From the NCBI RefSeq assembly GCF_000019605.1, contig NC_010482.1, positions 330,001-362,000 of the forward strand: 32,000 nucleotides of DNA, written 5' to 3'. Every line of letters starts with the position of its first letter. The first letter of the stretch is position 1. The notes under the pieces were generated by a model. The model had not been told where the DNA came from and made no database searches. It saw only the letters and a program-made list of their open reading frames with translations. Below, piece after piece: positions 9,081-17,880 of this stretch. The stretch comes from Candidatus Korarchaeum cryptofilum OPF8. Its GTDB lineage: Archaea; Korarchaeota; Korarchaeia; Korarchaeales; Korarchaeaceae. The position numbers were made by a program, and so were the translations under genes.

Positions 9081-9105
9081 CCTTTTTTAACTCACCTATT
9101 TTTAA
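9081..9105 (+). terminator. Oligo-T terminator region after permease 1
   Basis: T6 (9083-9088) and T5 (9099-9103) tracts directly after the stop at 9075-9077. Confidence 0.4.
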
Positions 9106-9151
9106 CACCTTGGATATTATCATATTAAATACTGCAGCTCCACATAGCCAT

Positions 9152-9670
9152 ATGAGGGCTGCGATACTCGTGGAAGATCTATTCGATGAGAGGGAGCTGA
9201 TATATCCGTTTTACAGGCTGAAGGAGATGGGGTTCCGGGTGGATCTAGTTGGTCCGGAGGCCAAGACGTACAGGAGTAAGCTGGGCCTGGAGGTGAAAGC
9301 TGACGTGAGCGCTGAGCCCGAGCTAGCTGAAGCCTACGATGTCATATGGATACCCGGAGGTTACGCTCCCGACAGGCTCAGGAGGAGCAAGAAAATAGTT
9401 GAGATGGTGAGGAGAGCCGTGGAGAGGGGGAAGATAGTAGCAGCTGTGTGCCATGCTCCCTGGGTCCTGATATCAGCTGGAGTAGTTAAGGGGAGGAGAG
9501 TAACGGGATTTCACTCGATATGGGACGATCTGAGGAACGCTGGTGCAAATTTAGTGGAAGAGGAAGCTACAGTTGATGGCAACATAATAACTGGAACTGG
9601 ACCTGATGCCATGCCGGAGATGATGAGGCTTCTGATAGAATTGATGGGCTCATCATCGATCCCCAAATAG
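9152..9670 (+). CDS. pfpI: DJ-1/PfpI family protein (intracellular protease/deglycase type)
   Basis: Starts at the internal ATG 9152 (MRAAILVEDLFDE...). Nucleophile-elbow motif AAVCHAPWVL. The upstream part of ORF 8963..9670 overlaps the permease and looks non-coding. Confidence 0.85.
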   Translation: MRAAILVEDLFDERELIYPFYRLKEMGFRVDLVGPEAKTYRSKLGLEVKADVSAEPELAEAYDVIWIPGGYAPDRLRRSKKIVEMVRRAVERGKIVAAVCHAPWVLISAGVVKGRRVTGFHSIWDDLRNAGANLVEEEATVDGNIITGTGPDAMPEMMRLLIELMGSSSIPK

Positions 9671-9810
9671 TCCTTTCAGTGAAGACGGCTTCAGGCGATC
9701 CCTCATCGGCTCTGAAGCGTACTGCTAAAATCTGATGAAAGAGATGCAGAATCGAAGTCCTGAGAGCTGAGATGAAGCTAGAAAAATAGATGGTTATAAG
9801 GGGACAGAAA

Positions 9811-11088
9811 CTAACTGGCCTTCCTAACGACCAGCAAGTTATCCTTTCTATCCACGACCTCTACAGCATCCCCACTCCTTATCTCCTCATTGGAGGTAGC
9901 TCTCCATAGCTCGCCCGATATCCTGACGTAACCCGTGCCTCCCGGGCCTATATCATCGACGGCCACTCCCTTACCAGTGGGCAGCCAGCTTATCGGCCTC
10001 TTCCTCAGGGCTGTAGCTATGCCCCTCACGAATATGAACGATATTATGAGGCCAACGCCACCTACGGAGAGAATTAGCTTGAGGAAAGTCTCTATCATCC
10101 AGCTCGAGGAGATGAGAATTGGCCTCCATGGGCTCCCTATCATGAGCAGGATAGCCAAGACTAGCAGAGCTGTCGATGAAATAGCTCCTATTCCGTGCAA
10201 GCCCTTCTTCACCTCAGCTATGAATAGAGAAGCAGCTATAGCGAGCAGTATCAAGCTCACTAAGTCGACGCTCACCCCCATGCCCGCTATCGCGAGTAGT
10301 AAGAGCACGATGCCAGCCAGCTCAGCTCCCCATCCCGGTGTAGTGAGCCCTATTATGAGGGCCATGAACCCTATGCTGAATAGTATGCTCGAGAGCACTG
10401 GATCGGAGAGGTACTTCATTATCTCCACCCTTGGTGTGGTCTCCAGGTACTCTATAGTCGCGGGATAAACTTCCAGCTTGAACTCCTGAGCTCCTCTCCT
10501 CACGACCTTCCCATCAGCATTCTCGAGGAGGGAGTCCAGGGACTGCTCTACCGAGTCTATCAATCCAACTTTTAGAGCCTCATCAGCCATGAAGTTCTTG
10601 TTTGAGAGGACCATGAGCTCGGCTGCGCTCTGATTCCTCCCATGCATTGCAGCATAACTCCTCATCTTAGTAGCGTATGCGTTCAAGTACTTCGATTCGT
10701 TCAAGGGTGTATAGCCCACGACGGGTTGGGCTGAGCCTATCGTCGAGTAAGGTGACATAGCAGCGTAATCGGTAGCCATCAGTATGTAAGTGCCGGCTGA
10801 GAGGGCCTGGCCTCCCTCAGGGTAAACATAGCCTATTACTGGGACCTTTGAAGCCAAAATAAGATCAATTATGCTGAATGTAGCATCGGATTGTCCACCA
10901 AATGTATTTATCTGGAGGACTAAAGCGCTATATCCGTTCTCAGCTGTTTTCACAGCTAATTTGACTTGCTCAACTGTCGCTGGTGAGATGTAGCCCGTTA
11001 TGTTCGTTACTAGTACTCTTCCGCCGGCTCCCGCGCTCAGAGCATGTATGAACAAAAACAAGGAGAGTATTAAGAGGATCCTCCTCAT
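9811..11088 (-). CDS. nfeD: NfeD-type membrane-bound ClpP-class serine protease (stomatin-specific protease type)
   Basis: 425 aa. Signal/anchor, ClpP-like domain, several TM helices and a C-terminal OB-like GYVRISGELWRATS. ATGA overlap with the upstream stomatin gene. Confidence 0.8.
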   Translation of the reverse strand: MRRILLILSLFLFIHALSAGAGGRVLVTNITGYISPATVEQVKLAVKTAENGYSALVLQINTFGGQSDATFSIIDLILASKVPVIGYVYPEGGQALSAGTYILMATDYAAMSPYSTIGSAQPVVGYTPLNESKYLNAYATKMRSYAAMHGRNQSAAELMVLSNKNFMADEALKVGLIDSVEQSLDSLLENADGKVVRRGAQEFKLEVYPATIEYLETTPRVEIMKYLSDPVLSSILFSIGFMALIIGLTTPGWGAELAGIVLLLLAIAGMGVSVDLVSLILLAIAASLFIAEVKKGLHGIGAISSTALLVLAILLMIGSPWRPILISSSWMIETFLKLILSVGGVGLIISFIFVRGIATALRKRPISWLPTGKGVAVDDIGPGGTGYVRISGELWRATSNEEIRSGDAVEVVDRKDNLLVVRKAS

Positions 11089-11993
11089 TTCCCTTCCTCC
11101 TTCCTAGCAGCAGCTAGGGCGTAAGCTAAGGGAGAGGCGCCTCCCTCAGCTATTATGATCAAGTTCTTCTCCCTAGCTATCTCGACCCATGTCTGTAGCT
11201 CCCTCAGCCTCATGGCATTCGGATTCTTCGCGTAGAACTCAGCAGCCTCATACATCTTCTGAGCCGCCATGAGCTCGCCCTCAGCCGTTATGACTCTGGC
11301 CCTCCTCTCCCTCTCAGCCTCTGCCTGCTTGGCTATAGCTCTCAGCATCTCCTCAGGTAGTACTACGTCCCTTATCGCGACCTGGGTCACTTTTATCCCC
11401 CATCCCTCAGTTATCTCATCCACTATCGTCTGTATCCTCTTGCCCAACTCATCCCTCCTAGTCAGCAGCTCATCCAACTCAACTTGGCCCACTACATCCC
11501 TTAGGGTCGTCTGAGCTATGAAGTTCGATGCCGTTATGTAATCCTGAACCTTGACGACAGCATCTATGGGGTTAACTACCCTGTAATAAACGACAGCATC
11601 CACATCAACTGTCACATTATCCTTCGTTATTATCCTCTGCCTGGGTATATCGAAGCTGAGGAGCCTCAAATCAACTATCCTCGGCTTATCCACGAAGGGG
11701 ATTAAGAAGATGAGGCCAGGACCCTTCGCTCCAAGCAGCCTGCCCAATCTGAATATAACAGCCCTCTCATATTCCCTGATAACTCTCAAAGCGGCCTTTA
11801 AGAAGGAAATTATTATCCAGGCGACTATGAGGGCTATTATTATGTTTATGAAAGTCGCAATCAGTGCCTCCTCCTGCAAGGACTCACCTACTTTCCTCAA
11901 CTTTTCGAGAATATAATCCTTATGTTGGAGATAATGCAACTCTCGGGTCATCCTAGAGGGAGCCACCTCAGCTGTTGTTTGATCGAATTTCAA
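11085..11993 (-). CDS. SPFH/band-7 (stomatin/prohibitin) family protein
   Basis: One N-terminal TM helix followed by REYERAVIFRLGR... SPFH domain and a coiled AEAERERRA region. The ORF-track start is TTG 11993. ATG 11951 (MTRELHY...) is an alternative. Confidence 0.85.
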   Translation of the reverse strand: MKFDQTTAEVAPSRMTRELHYLQHKDYILEKLRKVGESLQEEALIATFINIIIALIVAWIIISFLKAALRVIREYERAVIFRLGRLLGAKGPGLIFLIPFVDKPRIVDLRLLSFDIPRQRIITKDNVTVDVDAVVYYRVVNPIDAVVKVQDYITASNFIAQTTLRDVVGQVELDELLTRRDELGKRIQTIVDEITEGWGIKVTQVAIRDVVLPEEMLRAIAKQAEAERERRARVITAEGELMAAQKMYEAAEFYAKNPNAMRLRELQTWVEIAREKNLIIIAEGGASPLAYALAAARKEEGK

Positions 11994-12006
11994 TGAAATT
12001 GATAGG

Positions 12007-12020
12007 AATATTTTTAAAGA
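12007..12020. promoter_or_regulatory. Shared AT-rich box between divergent stomatin and aminotransferase genes (possible bidirectional TATA)
   Basis: aatatttttaaaga is centred ~26 nt upstream of ATG 12041 on the plus strand and ~30-60 nt upstream of the candidate stomatin starts on the minus strand. Confidence 0.4.
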
Positions 12021-12040
12021 ATCAAGTGGTCTATAGCACT

Positions 12041-13420
12041 ATGTCCCACATGAGGTTGGACAAGGTCCCCGCTTCTGAACTCGAGTTATTTAAGAAGAGA
12101 ACCCCCAAATCAGGAGAAATTTTTGAGGAAGTCTCCGGGATGGTCCCGTTCGGGGTTAATTCGAATTACAGGTATGCGGATCCATATCCGATATACATGA
12201 AGAGAGCGAAGGGGAGCAGGATATGGGACGTGGATGGTAATGAGTACATAGATTTCAATATGGCCTTCGGAGCCCTTGGAATAGGGCACAGTCACCCCAA
12301 GCTCGTAGAGGCGATAGAGGAGAAGATAGAGGAGGGAACTATATTCGGGTTCGAGTTCGATGAGATGTTAGATCTGGCCAAGATAATAAAAGCTAGGTAC
12401 AAAGTCGATATGATGAAGTTCCAATCCACCGGTTTGGAAGCGACTTTCCATGCATTGAGGATAGCGAGAGCCTTCACTGGGAGGAAGAAGATAGTGAAGT
12501 TCGAGGGATGCTACCACGGGAGCCATGACTTCCTCTTAGTAAGCGTGAAGCCGAGCAAGTACAAGGCAGGTCATCCTGTCACCCCCAACCAAGTCCCGGG
12601 TTCCCAGGGGGTGCTCGAGGACGTGGTCAAGCACACTTTAGTGGCTCAATTCAATAACTTGGAGAGCGTTGAGAAGATAATGAGGCAGCATGGGAATGAT
12701 GTGGCAGCGATAATACTTGAGCCAATACCGATGAACATGGGGTTCGTAATCCCGAAGCCAGGGTTCCTCGAGGGGTTGAGGAGCATATGCGATGAGTACA
12801 ATTGCCTCCTGATATTCGATGAGATAAAGACGGGTGGCAAGTTCTACTCCGGAGCCGCTGGTTACTTCAAAGTGAGGCCGGATCTCATGACATTAGGGAA
12901 AGCTATAGCCGGAGGCTTCCCTCTATCAGTAGTCGCTGGTAAGAAGGAGATAATGCAGAGCATAGTTCCTGGAGTCGTCTCACACGCAGGGACCTTCAAT
13001 GCGAATCCGGTCGCCATAAGGGCTGGGCTCGTCACCTTGAGGGATATACTGACTGAGGAAGCTCTCTCATACGCCAGCAGACTGGGGGAGGAGCTAGCTA
13101 AGGGTTACCTCGATATAATAAAGGATGAGGGGATAGAGGCGACCGTCCAGTACATAGGTGTCAGCGGGTCCATGGTCTTCGCGAAGGATGAAGTGGTGGA
13201 CTGGAGGAGCTTCCAGAAGGTGGATGTGGGCAAGTGGTGGCTCTTCATGATAGCGATGATGAACAGGGGAGTCCTTCCGAACTACGGGCCCGATGAACAG
13301 TGGACCGTATCTACGCAGCACACGAAGGAGGATATCGAGACGACGATAGAGAAGTTCAAGGAAGTCGCAAAAATAATAAAGAAGGTTGAGCTGGAGCTCC
13401 CGTTGGTGGAGGCTGTCTGA
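12041..13420 (+). CDS. Class-III PLP aminotransferase (glutamate-1-semialdehyde 2,1-aminomutase-like)
   Basis: Begins MSHMRLDKVP. Motifs GSRIWDVDGNEYIDFNMAFGALGIGHSHP, LIFDEIKTG and LMTLGKAIAGGFP (PLP lysine). The upstream part of ORF 11975.. overlaps the stomatin start. Confidence 0.8.
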   Translation: MSHMRLDKVPASELELFKKRTPKSGEIFEEVSGMVPFGVNSNYRYADPYPIYMKRAKGSRIWDVDGNEYIDFNMAFGALGIGHSHPKLVEAIEEKIEEGTIFGFEFDEMLDLAKIIKARYKVDMMKFQSTGLEATFHALRIARAFTGRKKIVKFEGCYHGSHDFLLVSVKPSKYKAGHPVTPNQVPGSQGVLEDVVKHTLVAQFNNLESVEKIMRQHGNDVAAIILEPIPMNMGFVIPKPGFLEGLRSICDEYNCLLIFDEIKTGGKFYSGAAGYFKVRPDLMTLGKAIAGGFPLSVVAGKKEIMQSIVPGVVSHAGTFNANPVAIRAGLVTLRDILTEEALSYASRLGEELAKGYLDIIKDEGIEATVQYIGVSGSMVFAKDEVVDWRSFQKVDVGKWWLFMIAMMNRGVLPNYGPDEQWTVSTQHTKEDIETTIEKFKEVAKIIKKVELELPLVEAV

Positions 13421-14194
13421 TCAGAATAGGGGGCCTCTCGGCCCCTCGACTGCCCTCCCATATCTCGGCTCTCCGGTCCAAACCGGTACTTCAGCCCTCC
13501 TCTCCCCTTCTTTCGTCGTCAGCACTAAGTTAACCTTAGCTCCGAAGCTCAGATCCCCTCTTGAGAAGCTGAAAGTGTATGGGAAGAAGAAAGAGACCTC
13601 CTTAACTGTCGTTGGATCATGAGGTAAGGTTGCCTCAGCAATCAATTTACCTCCCTCGCTTAATATCTTCCCATCTGAGAGGAAGTACCTGAGCTCCCTC
13701 CTCTCATCTCTATAGGACAGCCATTCCTCAGCCTCTAGCTCTACTATGGCTTCATTGGGATCTAACCTCTCCTTTATGAGAGCCCTTACCCTATCATCAG
13801 CTTTATAGAACTCCTTATCGAAATCCAACCAACTTTCCCTCCTAACTTCCGGTTTCTCGGGGTATACCTTGAGCCTTACATCCTTCCTAGGAAACATGAT
13901 CTTCCCTTTGAGCCTCGGTATCCCGAAGAGGAGACCCCACCTTATCCTATGGGCCCTAGCGGTTATCGAGGGGGGCAAATCCTTCGGGTAAGTTATCTCG
14001 AAGCTCCCCTGCCTCAAAATAAAATCTTCCCTATGGAGGGTCATGACCTTAGCTACACTCTCAGTTCCCGGGAAGAGGAGGGAGGAGAGGAGCACATAAA
14101 GCCTAGCGTGTATCGGGACCTCGCTCCTCAGCTCCCCCCTTACCGGTTCCCCGAGCTTGAGGACATTCTTCTCAAGGATTATTGAGAATTCCAC
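13421..14194 (-). CDS. Hypothetical protein, beta-rich and two-lobed, possibly arrestin/Spo0M-like fold
   Basis: 257-aa ORF with ordinary codon usage. It overlaps the upstream gene by 23 nt. The fold guess rests only on repeated patterns such as LKLGEPVRGEL and YKADDRVRALI. Confidence 0.6.
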   Translation of the reverse strand: MEFSIILEKNVLKLGEPVRGELRSEVPIHARLYVLLSSLLFPGTESVAKVMTLHREDFILRQGSFEITYPKDLPPSITARAHRIRWGLLFGIPRLKGKIMFPRKDVRLKVYPEKPEVRRESWLDFDKEFYKADDRVRALIKERLDPNEAIVELEAEEWLSYRDERRELRYFLSDGKILSEGGKLIAEATLPHDPTTVKEVSFFFPYTFSFSRGDLSFGAKVNLVLTTKEGERRAEVPVWTGEPRYGRAVEGPRGPLF

Positions 14195-14864
14195 CTATCT
14201 CAACCTCCGCTAAATTATAATCCCGGAGCCACCCGGGTCTCTTCAATATCCTCACCCCTGAGTAATCATCCTTGAATAAGTGAAGCTTGTACTTGCCCGG
14301 CTTCACACCCCGCTCCCTTATCTTTGAGGAGAGCTCATCTATAAGCTTTTGGGCAATTTCTTTTAAGAATTCATCCTTTCCGGGTTGATTCTTCATCTCC
14401 CTCTCATAGAACTCGAGGAGCTTCATCAGAGTGTACCACCTGCCCACCAAGGCTGCGTAGAGCAAGGAAGTCGATGCTATTAGCATGGGTGTCGAGTATG
14501 GAGGGGCGTAGAATATGAGGCCTATGGAGAGGAGGAAACCAACTAAAGAGAACCTGAGGAGGAGCCTGAATAACATGTAAAAGAGAGCTAGCCTCCTCAT
14601 AGATTTATCCCTGAATGGAAGGGACGTTATGAAGTCCACGGTCTTCTTATACTTCTTCTTAGTGGCGCTATCGAATAAATCAGGAAGCTCAGGGGAGAGC
14701 CTCTCCATGACGTTCTCGACCTTCTTGAAGTCTATGTTCCTCCCCACCCTATAGGAATCTGTAGCCTCCACCATGAAGGCGAGGTCATCAAGTATATCCT
14801 TCCCTCTCATAGTATCTGGAGTCCGGCTCCCGATATAATTAAAGCATAGGGATACCTCAATCAT
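14172..14864 (-). CDS. Hypothetical membrane protein (two central TM helices)
   Basis: 230-aa ORF. TATA-like tttattgaaa lies ~26-35 nt upstream of ATG 14864 on the minus strand, consistent with a leaderless start. Confidence 0.6.
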   Translation of the reverse strand: MIEVSLCFNYIGSRTPDTMRGKDILDDLAFMVEATDSYRVGRNIDFKKVENVMERLSPELPDLFDSATKKKYKKTVDFITSLPFRDKSMRRLALFYMLFRLLLRFSLVGFLLSIGLIFYAPPYSTPMLIASTSLLYAALVGRWYTLMKLLEFYEREMKNQPGKDEFLKEIAQKLIDELSSKIRERGVKPGKYKLHLFKDDYSGVRILKRPGWLRDYNLAEVEIGGILNNP

Positions 14865-15016
14865 AAACTATTAGCGAAGTCCGATTAGGCATTTCAATAA
14901 ATCTACATACAAAAGCCGTAATATATCAATATCCTTACAAAATATCTCCTAACTATAACTTAATTTTATTAATAGTTGTGAAAATAATTGATGTAAGAGC
15001 CCGCTCCCACCGTTTC

Positions 15017-15036
15017 AACGAAAAGTTTATATTAAA
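15017..15036 (+). promoter_or_regulatory. BRE/TATA promoter of permease 2
   Basis: cgaaaagtttatattaaata lies ~40 nt upstream of ATG 15077. Confidence 0.55.
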
Positions 15037-15076
15037 TAGCTCTCAGAATGTGAAAGCCCTCACGCGGGGTGATGCT

Positions 15077-16801
15077 ATGTCTGGAGAAGCTCCGACCTTG
15101 TTCGTCAGAAGGGCTTCAGGATTGGTAAGGACAGTGGGACCATTCACCGCTTTCATGATAGTCTTCACTCACACTGTAGGAGGAGGTATCCACAGGCTAG
15201 CAGTAATAGCGGCTTATCAGCATCCCGCAGCCTTCGTACCTTACTCCTTCCTCATAACTGGATTGGCTTTAGCGATCCCTACTGCGTTAGTTTACACTAT
15301 GCTAGGAGCTATGATGCCGAGGACCGGAGGGGACTACATATTCATAAGCAGGGGATTGAACCCCACAATGGGATTCCTAGCCTCTTGGGGTTTCTGGTTC
15401 ACTGAAGTCTTAAGTTACGGTATAATAGCTTGGTACTCAATAGACTTCTTCGTAGGGGCTGTAACGGCTGCAGGAATAGCTCTTAACGATGAAGGACTTC
15501 TTGCTACAGCTCAATGGATGGCCACAACAGAGGGGCACTGGATCCTGGGGATAACATTCGTTCTGATATTCGGGGCGATCGCTTATCTGGGTATGAGGAT
15601 ATACGGTTGGATAATAAACATATTAGGCACGATAGCGATAATAGGATGCATCACGAACCTGCTGATCTTGGGAACTTGGGGACTCGGTCCCATGGGAGCC
15701 GTGAACGGATGGGGAAGCCTCTATGGAGCGGGGGCATATGAGAAGATAGTAGCCAAGGCATTTGAGATAGGAATGGCTAAGGGCAACCTCCCAATTGCCG
15801 CTTTCGACTGGGGAGCAACGATAGCTGCTGGAGTAGGAGCTATCTGGGCTTACATAGGTATAGTCTCAGCTGTATTCGTCGGAGGTGAGCTGAAGTCCCC
15901 AGGGAGATCCTTATTCTTCGCGCAGGTTGCCGGAACTATCTTAATAATGCTCTACTACATAACGCTGCCCTTCCTCGTCTACACGTCCTACACCGTGCCT
16001 CAGGAGGTGCTAGCTAAAGTACCGGGTGCTCTAGATTATCTAGCTAAGAACAACATACCCGCTGATAGGGTCTACTTCACCGCCCTCTACTACTACCTCA
16101 TGAATGAGTTAGGGGCCGATGGTGTGGCGAAGTTACTGGGAGTACCATCGTCTCACTTACTGCCGCCTAGAGTAGTGACTTCCTTCACGATACCATTAGT
16201 GCCCAAGGGCATGGAGTGGCTTCAGATACTGAACGGAACTCTAGTGGGTATAGTGCTCCTGAAGGACATACCAGCATTCTTCGTAGTCGCTAGCAGGATG
16301 ATATTCGCCTGGGCATTCGACAGGTTCTTCCCGGAGATGTTCGCAGCAGTGGATTCGAGGTTCCACACGCCTTACTGGGCCGTCACTCTCACTCTATTAG
16401 GAGGCCTCGTTGGAGTGGCCCTCACAGCTGGAGGAGATTGGGCTGCGGCTGCCGATACTAGCAACCTGTATCAGTTCGCCGTTATGCTGGCTTGCCTTGC
16501 TGCGGCTGTGCTGCCTTACCTGAGGAGGGACTTGTATGAGAAGTCACCTTACAAGTGGGAGATAGCCGGCGTGCCTATACTGACGATCCTAGGGCTATGG
16601 GGATGGGCCGCCAACTTCTTCTTCTTCTACGTGACGACTCACGAGATATTCTACTACTGGGGAGGATATTCAACTGACATAGCTCTACAGCAATCAGCTT
16701 GGATGGGTATAGGGGCACTGATATTCACGGCATTCCTAGTATATAACACGAAACGCGGGATAGATGTGAGGACCATATACACCGAGATACCGCCGGCGTG
16801 A
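15077..16801 (+). CDS. APC-superfamily permease (paralog of 7452..9077)
   Basis: Start chosen at MSGEAPTLFVRRASGLVR by alignment with the paralog N-terminus. Multi-span membrane protein. The ORF-track start 14978 lies upstream of the promoter box. Confidence 0.8.
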   Translation: MSGEAPTLFVRRASGLVRTVGPFTAFMIVFTHTVGGGIHRLAVIAAYQHPAAFVPYSFLITGLALAIPTALVYTMLGAMMPRTGGDYIFISRGLNPTMGFLASWGFWFTEVLSYGIIAWYSIDFFVGAVTAAGIALNDEGLLATAQWMATTEGHWILGITFVLIFGAIAYLGMRIYGWIINILGTIAIIGCITNLLILGTWGLGPMGAVNGWGSLYGAGAYEKIVAKAFEIGMAKGNLPIAAFDWGATIAAGVGAIWAYIGIVSAVFVGGELKSPGRSLFFAQVAGTILIMLYYITLPFLVYTSYTVPQEVLAKVPGALDYLAKNNIPADRVYFTALYYYLMNELGADGVAKLLGVPSSHLLPPRVVTSFTIPLVPKGMEWLQILNGTLVGIVLLKDIPAFFVVASRMIFAWAFDRFFPEMFAAVDSRFHTPYWAVTLTLLGGLVGVALTAGGDWAAAADTSNLYQFAVMLACLAAAVLPYLRRDLYEKSPYKWEIAGVPILTILGLWGWAANFFFFYVTTHEIFYYWGGYSTDIALQQSAWMGIGALIFTAFLVYNTKRGIDVRTIYTEIPPA

Positions 16802-16817
16802 TCCGATCCGAACCCTT

Positions 16818-16846
16818 CCCTTTTCAATTATTTTTACAATTTTTCT
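16818..16846 (+). terminator. Oligo-T terminator region after permease 2
   Basis: Three T4-T5 tracts (cccttttc, tattttta, caatttttc) within 45 nt of the stop. Confidence 0.45.
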
Positions 16847-16874
16847 GCCTTAGAGATAAATAAATTTATACATC

Positions 16875-16890
16875 AGAAAAGTTTATTAGA
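16875..16890 (+). promoter_or_regulatory. BRE/TATA promoter of the metallophosphoesterase operon
   Basis: agaaaagtttattaga. The spacing favours ATG 16919 as a near-leaderless start. Confidence 0.5.
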
Positions 16891-16918
16891 TTGCGTCCCA
16901 ATGAGGCGAGGTGCTAGT

Positions 16919-17878
16919 ATGACCGTGAGGATGTTCTTCGCAGCCGATATCCATGGCAATACAGTAGTCTGGAGGAAGTGGCTCAACGCGGTTAACGTGT
17001 ATAAAGCTAACGTTATAATCTTAGCGGGGGACCTGACGGGCAAAGCTATAGTTCCCATCTTCGATAAAGGGGACCATTATGAAGCCGAGATAATAGGGAG
17101 GAAGTACACCGCTAAGAGCAAGGAGGAGCTCCAGGAACTGATGGATAGGATAGAGAGCTTCTCATATTATTACGTAGTGCTGACCCCCCAGCAAGCTCAG
17201 GAGATAGCCGCTGATCCGAAGAAGCAGGAGGAGTTATTCAAGGAGCTGATGGTCGGGAGGATAAGGAAATGGCTGGATTTACTCCTAGAGAAAGTGGATG
17301 TGAAGAGCGTCACATCTATAGTGATGCCGGGCAACGATGATGAGCAGTATATAGATGAGACTATAAAGAGCTATGAGGACAGGGGCATAATATATCCTCT
17401 GGATAAGACAGTAGAGCTGAATTACGGTTATCAGATAATAAGCCATGAGTACGTGAACCCCACCCCATGGAACACACCGAGGGAAGCGCCTGAGGACAAA
17501 CTGGAGAAGATTTTGAGGGAGAAGATAGAGAAATCTGGAGTTAAGGACTTCAGTAAGGCTCTCTTCAACTTCCACTGCCCTCCATATGATACTAAGCTAG
17601 ACCTCGCCCCTAAGTTGGATAAGAATTTGAAACCAGTTTACGTCGGCGGGAAGCCTGTGATGGTTCACGTAGGCTCGAAAGCTGTCAGGAAGTTGATAGA
17701 GCAGTATCAACCTCTAATGGGGCTGCACGGCCATATACATGAGAGTTACGCTAGCGATAAAGTGGGGAGGACTGTCGTAATTAATCCGGGGAGTGAGTAC
17801 AGCGAGGGCCTCTTGAGGGGCTTCGTGATAGAGCTCGAGCCCGATGGCCTCAAGAATTATTGGAAGATAGAGGGTTGA
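16919..17878 (+). CDS. Calcineurin-like metallophosphoesterase
   Basis: Motifs FFAADIHGN, ILAGDLTGK, MPGNDDE and GLHGHIHES. The ORF-track start is 16901. Confidence 0.8.
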   Translation: MTVRMFFAADIHGNTVVWRKWLNAVNVYKANVIILAGDLTGKAIVPIFDKGDHYEAEIIGRKYTAKSKEELQELMDRIESFSYYYVVLTPQQAQEIAADPKKQEELFKELMVGRIRKWLDLLLEKVDVKSVTSIVMPGNDDEQYIDETIKSYEDRGIIYPLDKTVELNYGYQIISHEYVNPTPWNTPREAPEDKLEKILREKIEKSGVKDFSKALFNFHCPPYDTKLDLAPKLDKNLKPVYVGGKPVMVHVGSKAVRKLIEQYQPLMGLHGHIHESYASDKVGRTVVINPGSEYSEGLLRGFVIELEPDGLKNYWKIEG

Positions 17879-17880
17879 TC

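Noticed and set aside
8963-9151. N-terminal extension of the pfpI ORF (track start 8963)
   Set aside because: The extension overlaps the permease 3' end and the oligo-T terminator region. The conserved PfpI N-terminus begins at ATG 9152.
9731-9775. C/D-box sRNA-like motifs (ctgatga ... ctga gag ctga gatgaag)
   Set aside because: Box spacing is wrong: 21 nt between the C and first D-like box against the usual ~12. There is no proper C' box, no terminal D box and no terminal stem.
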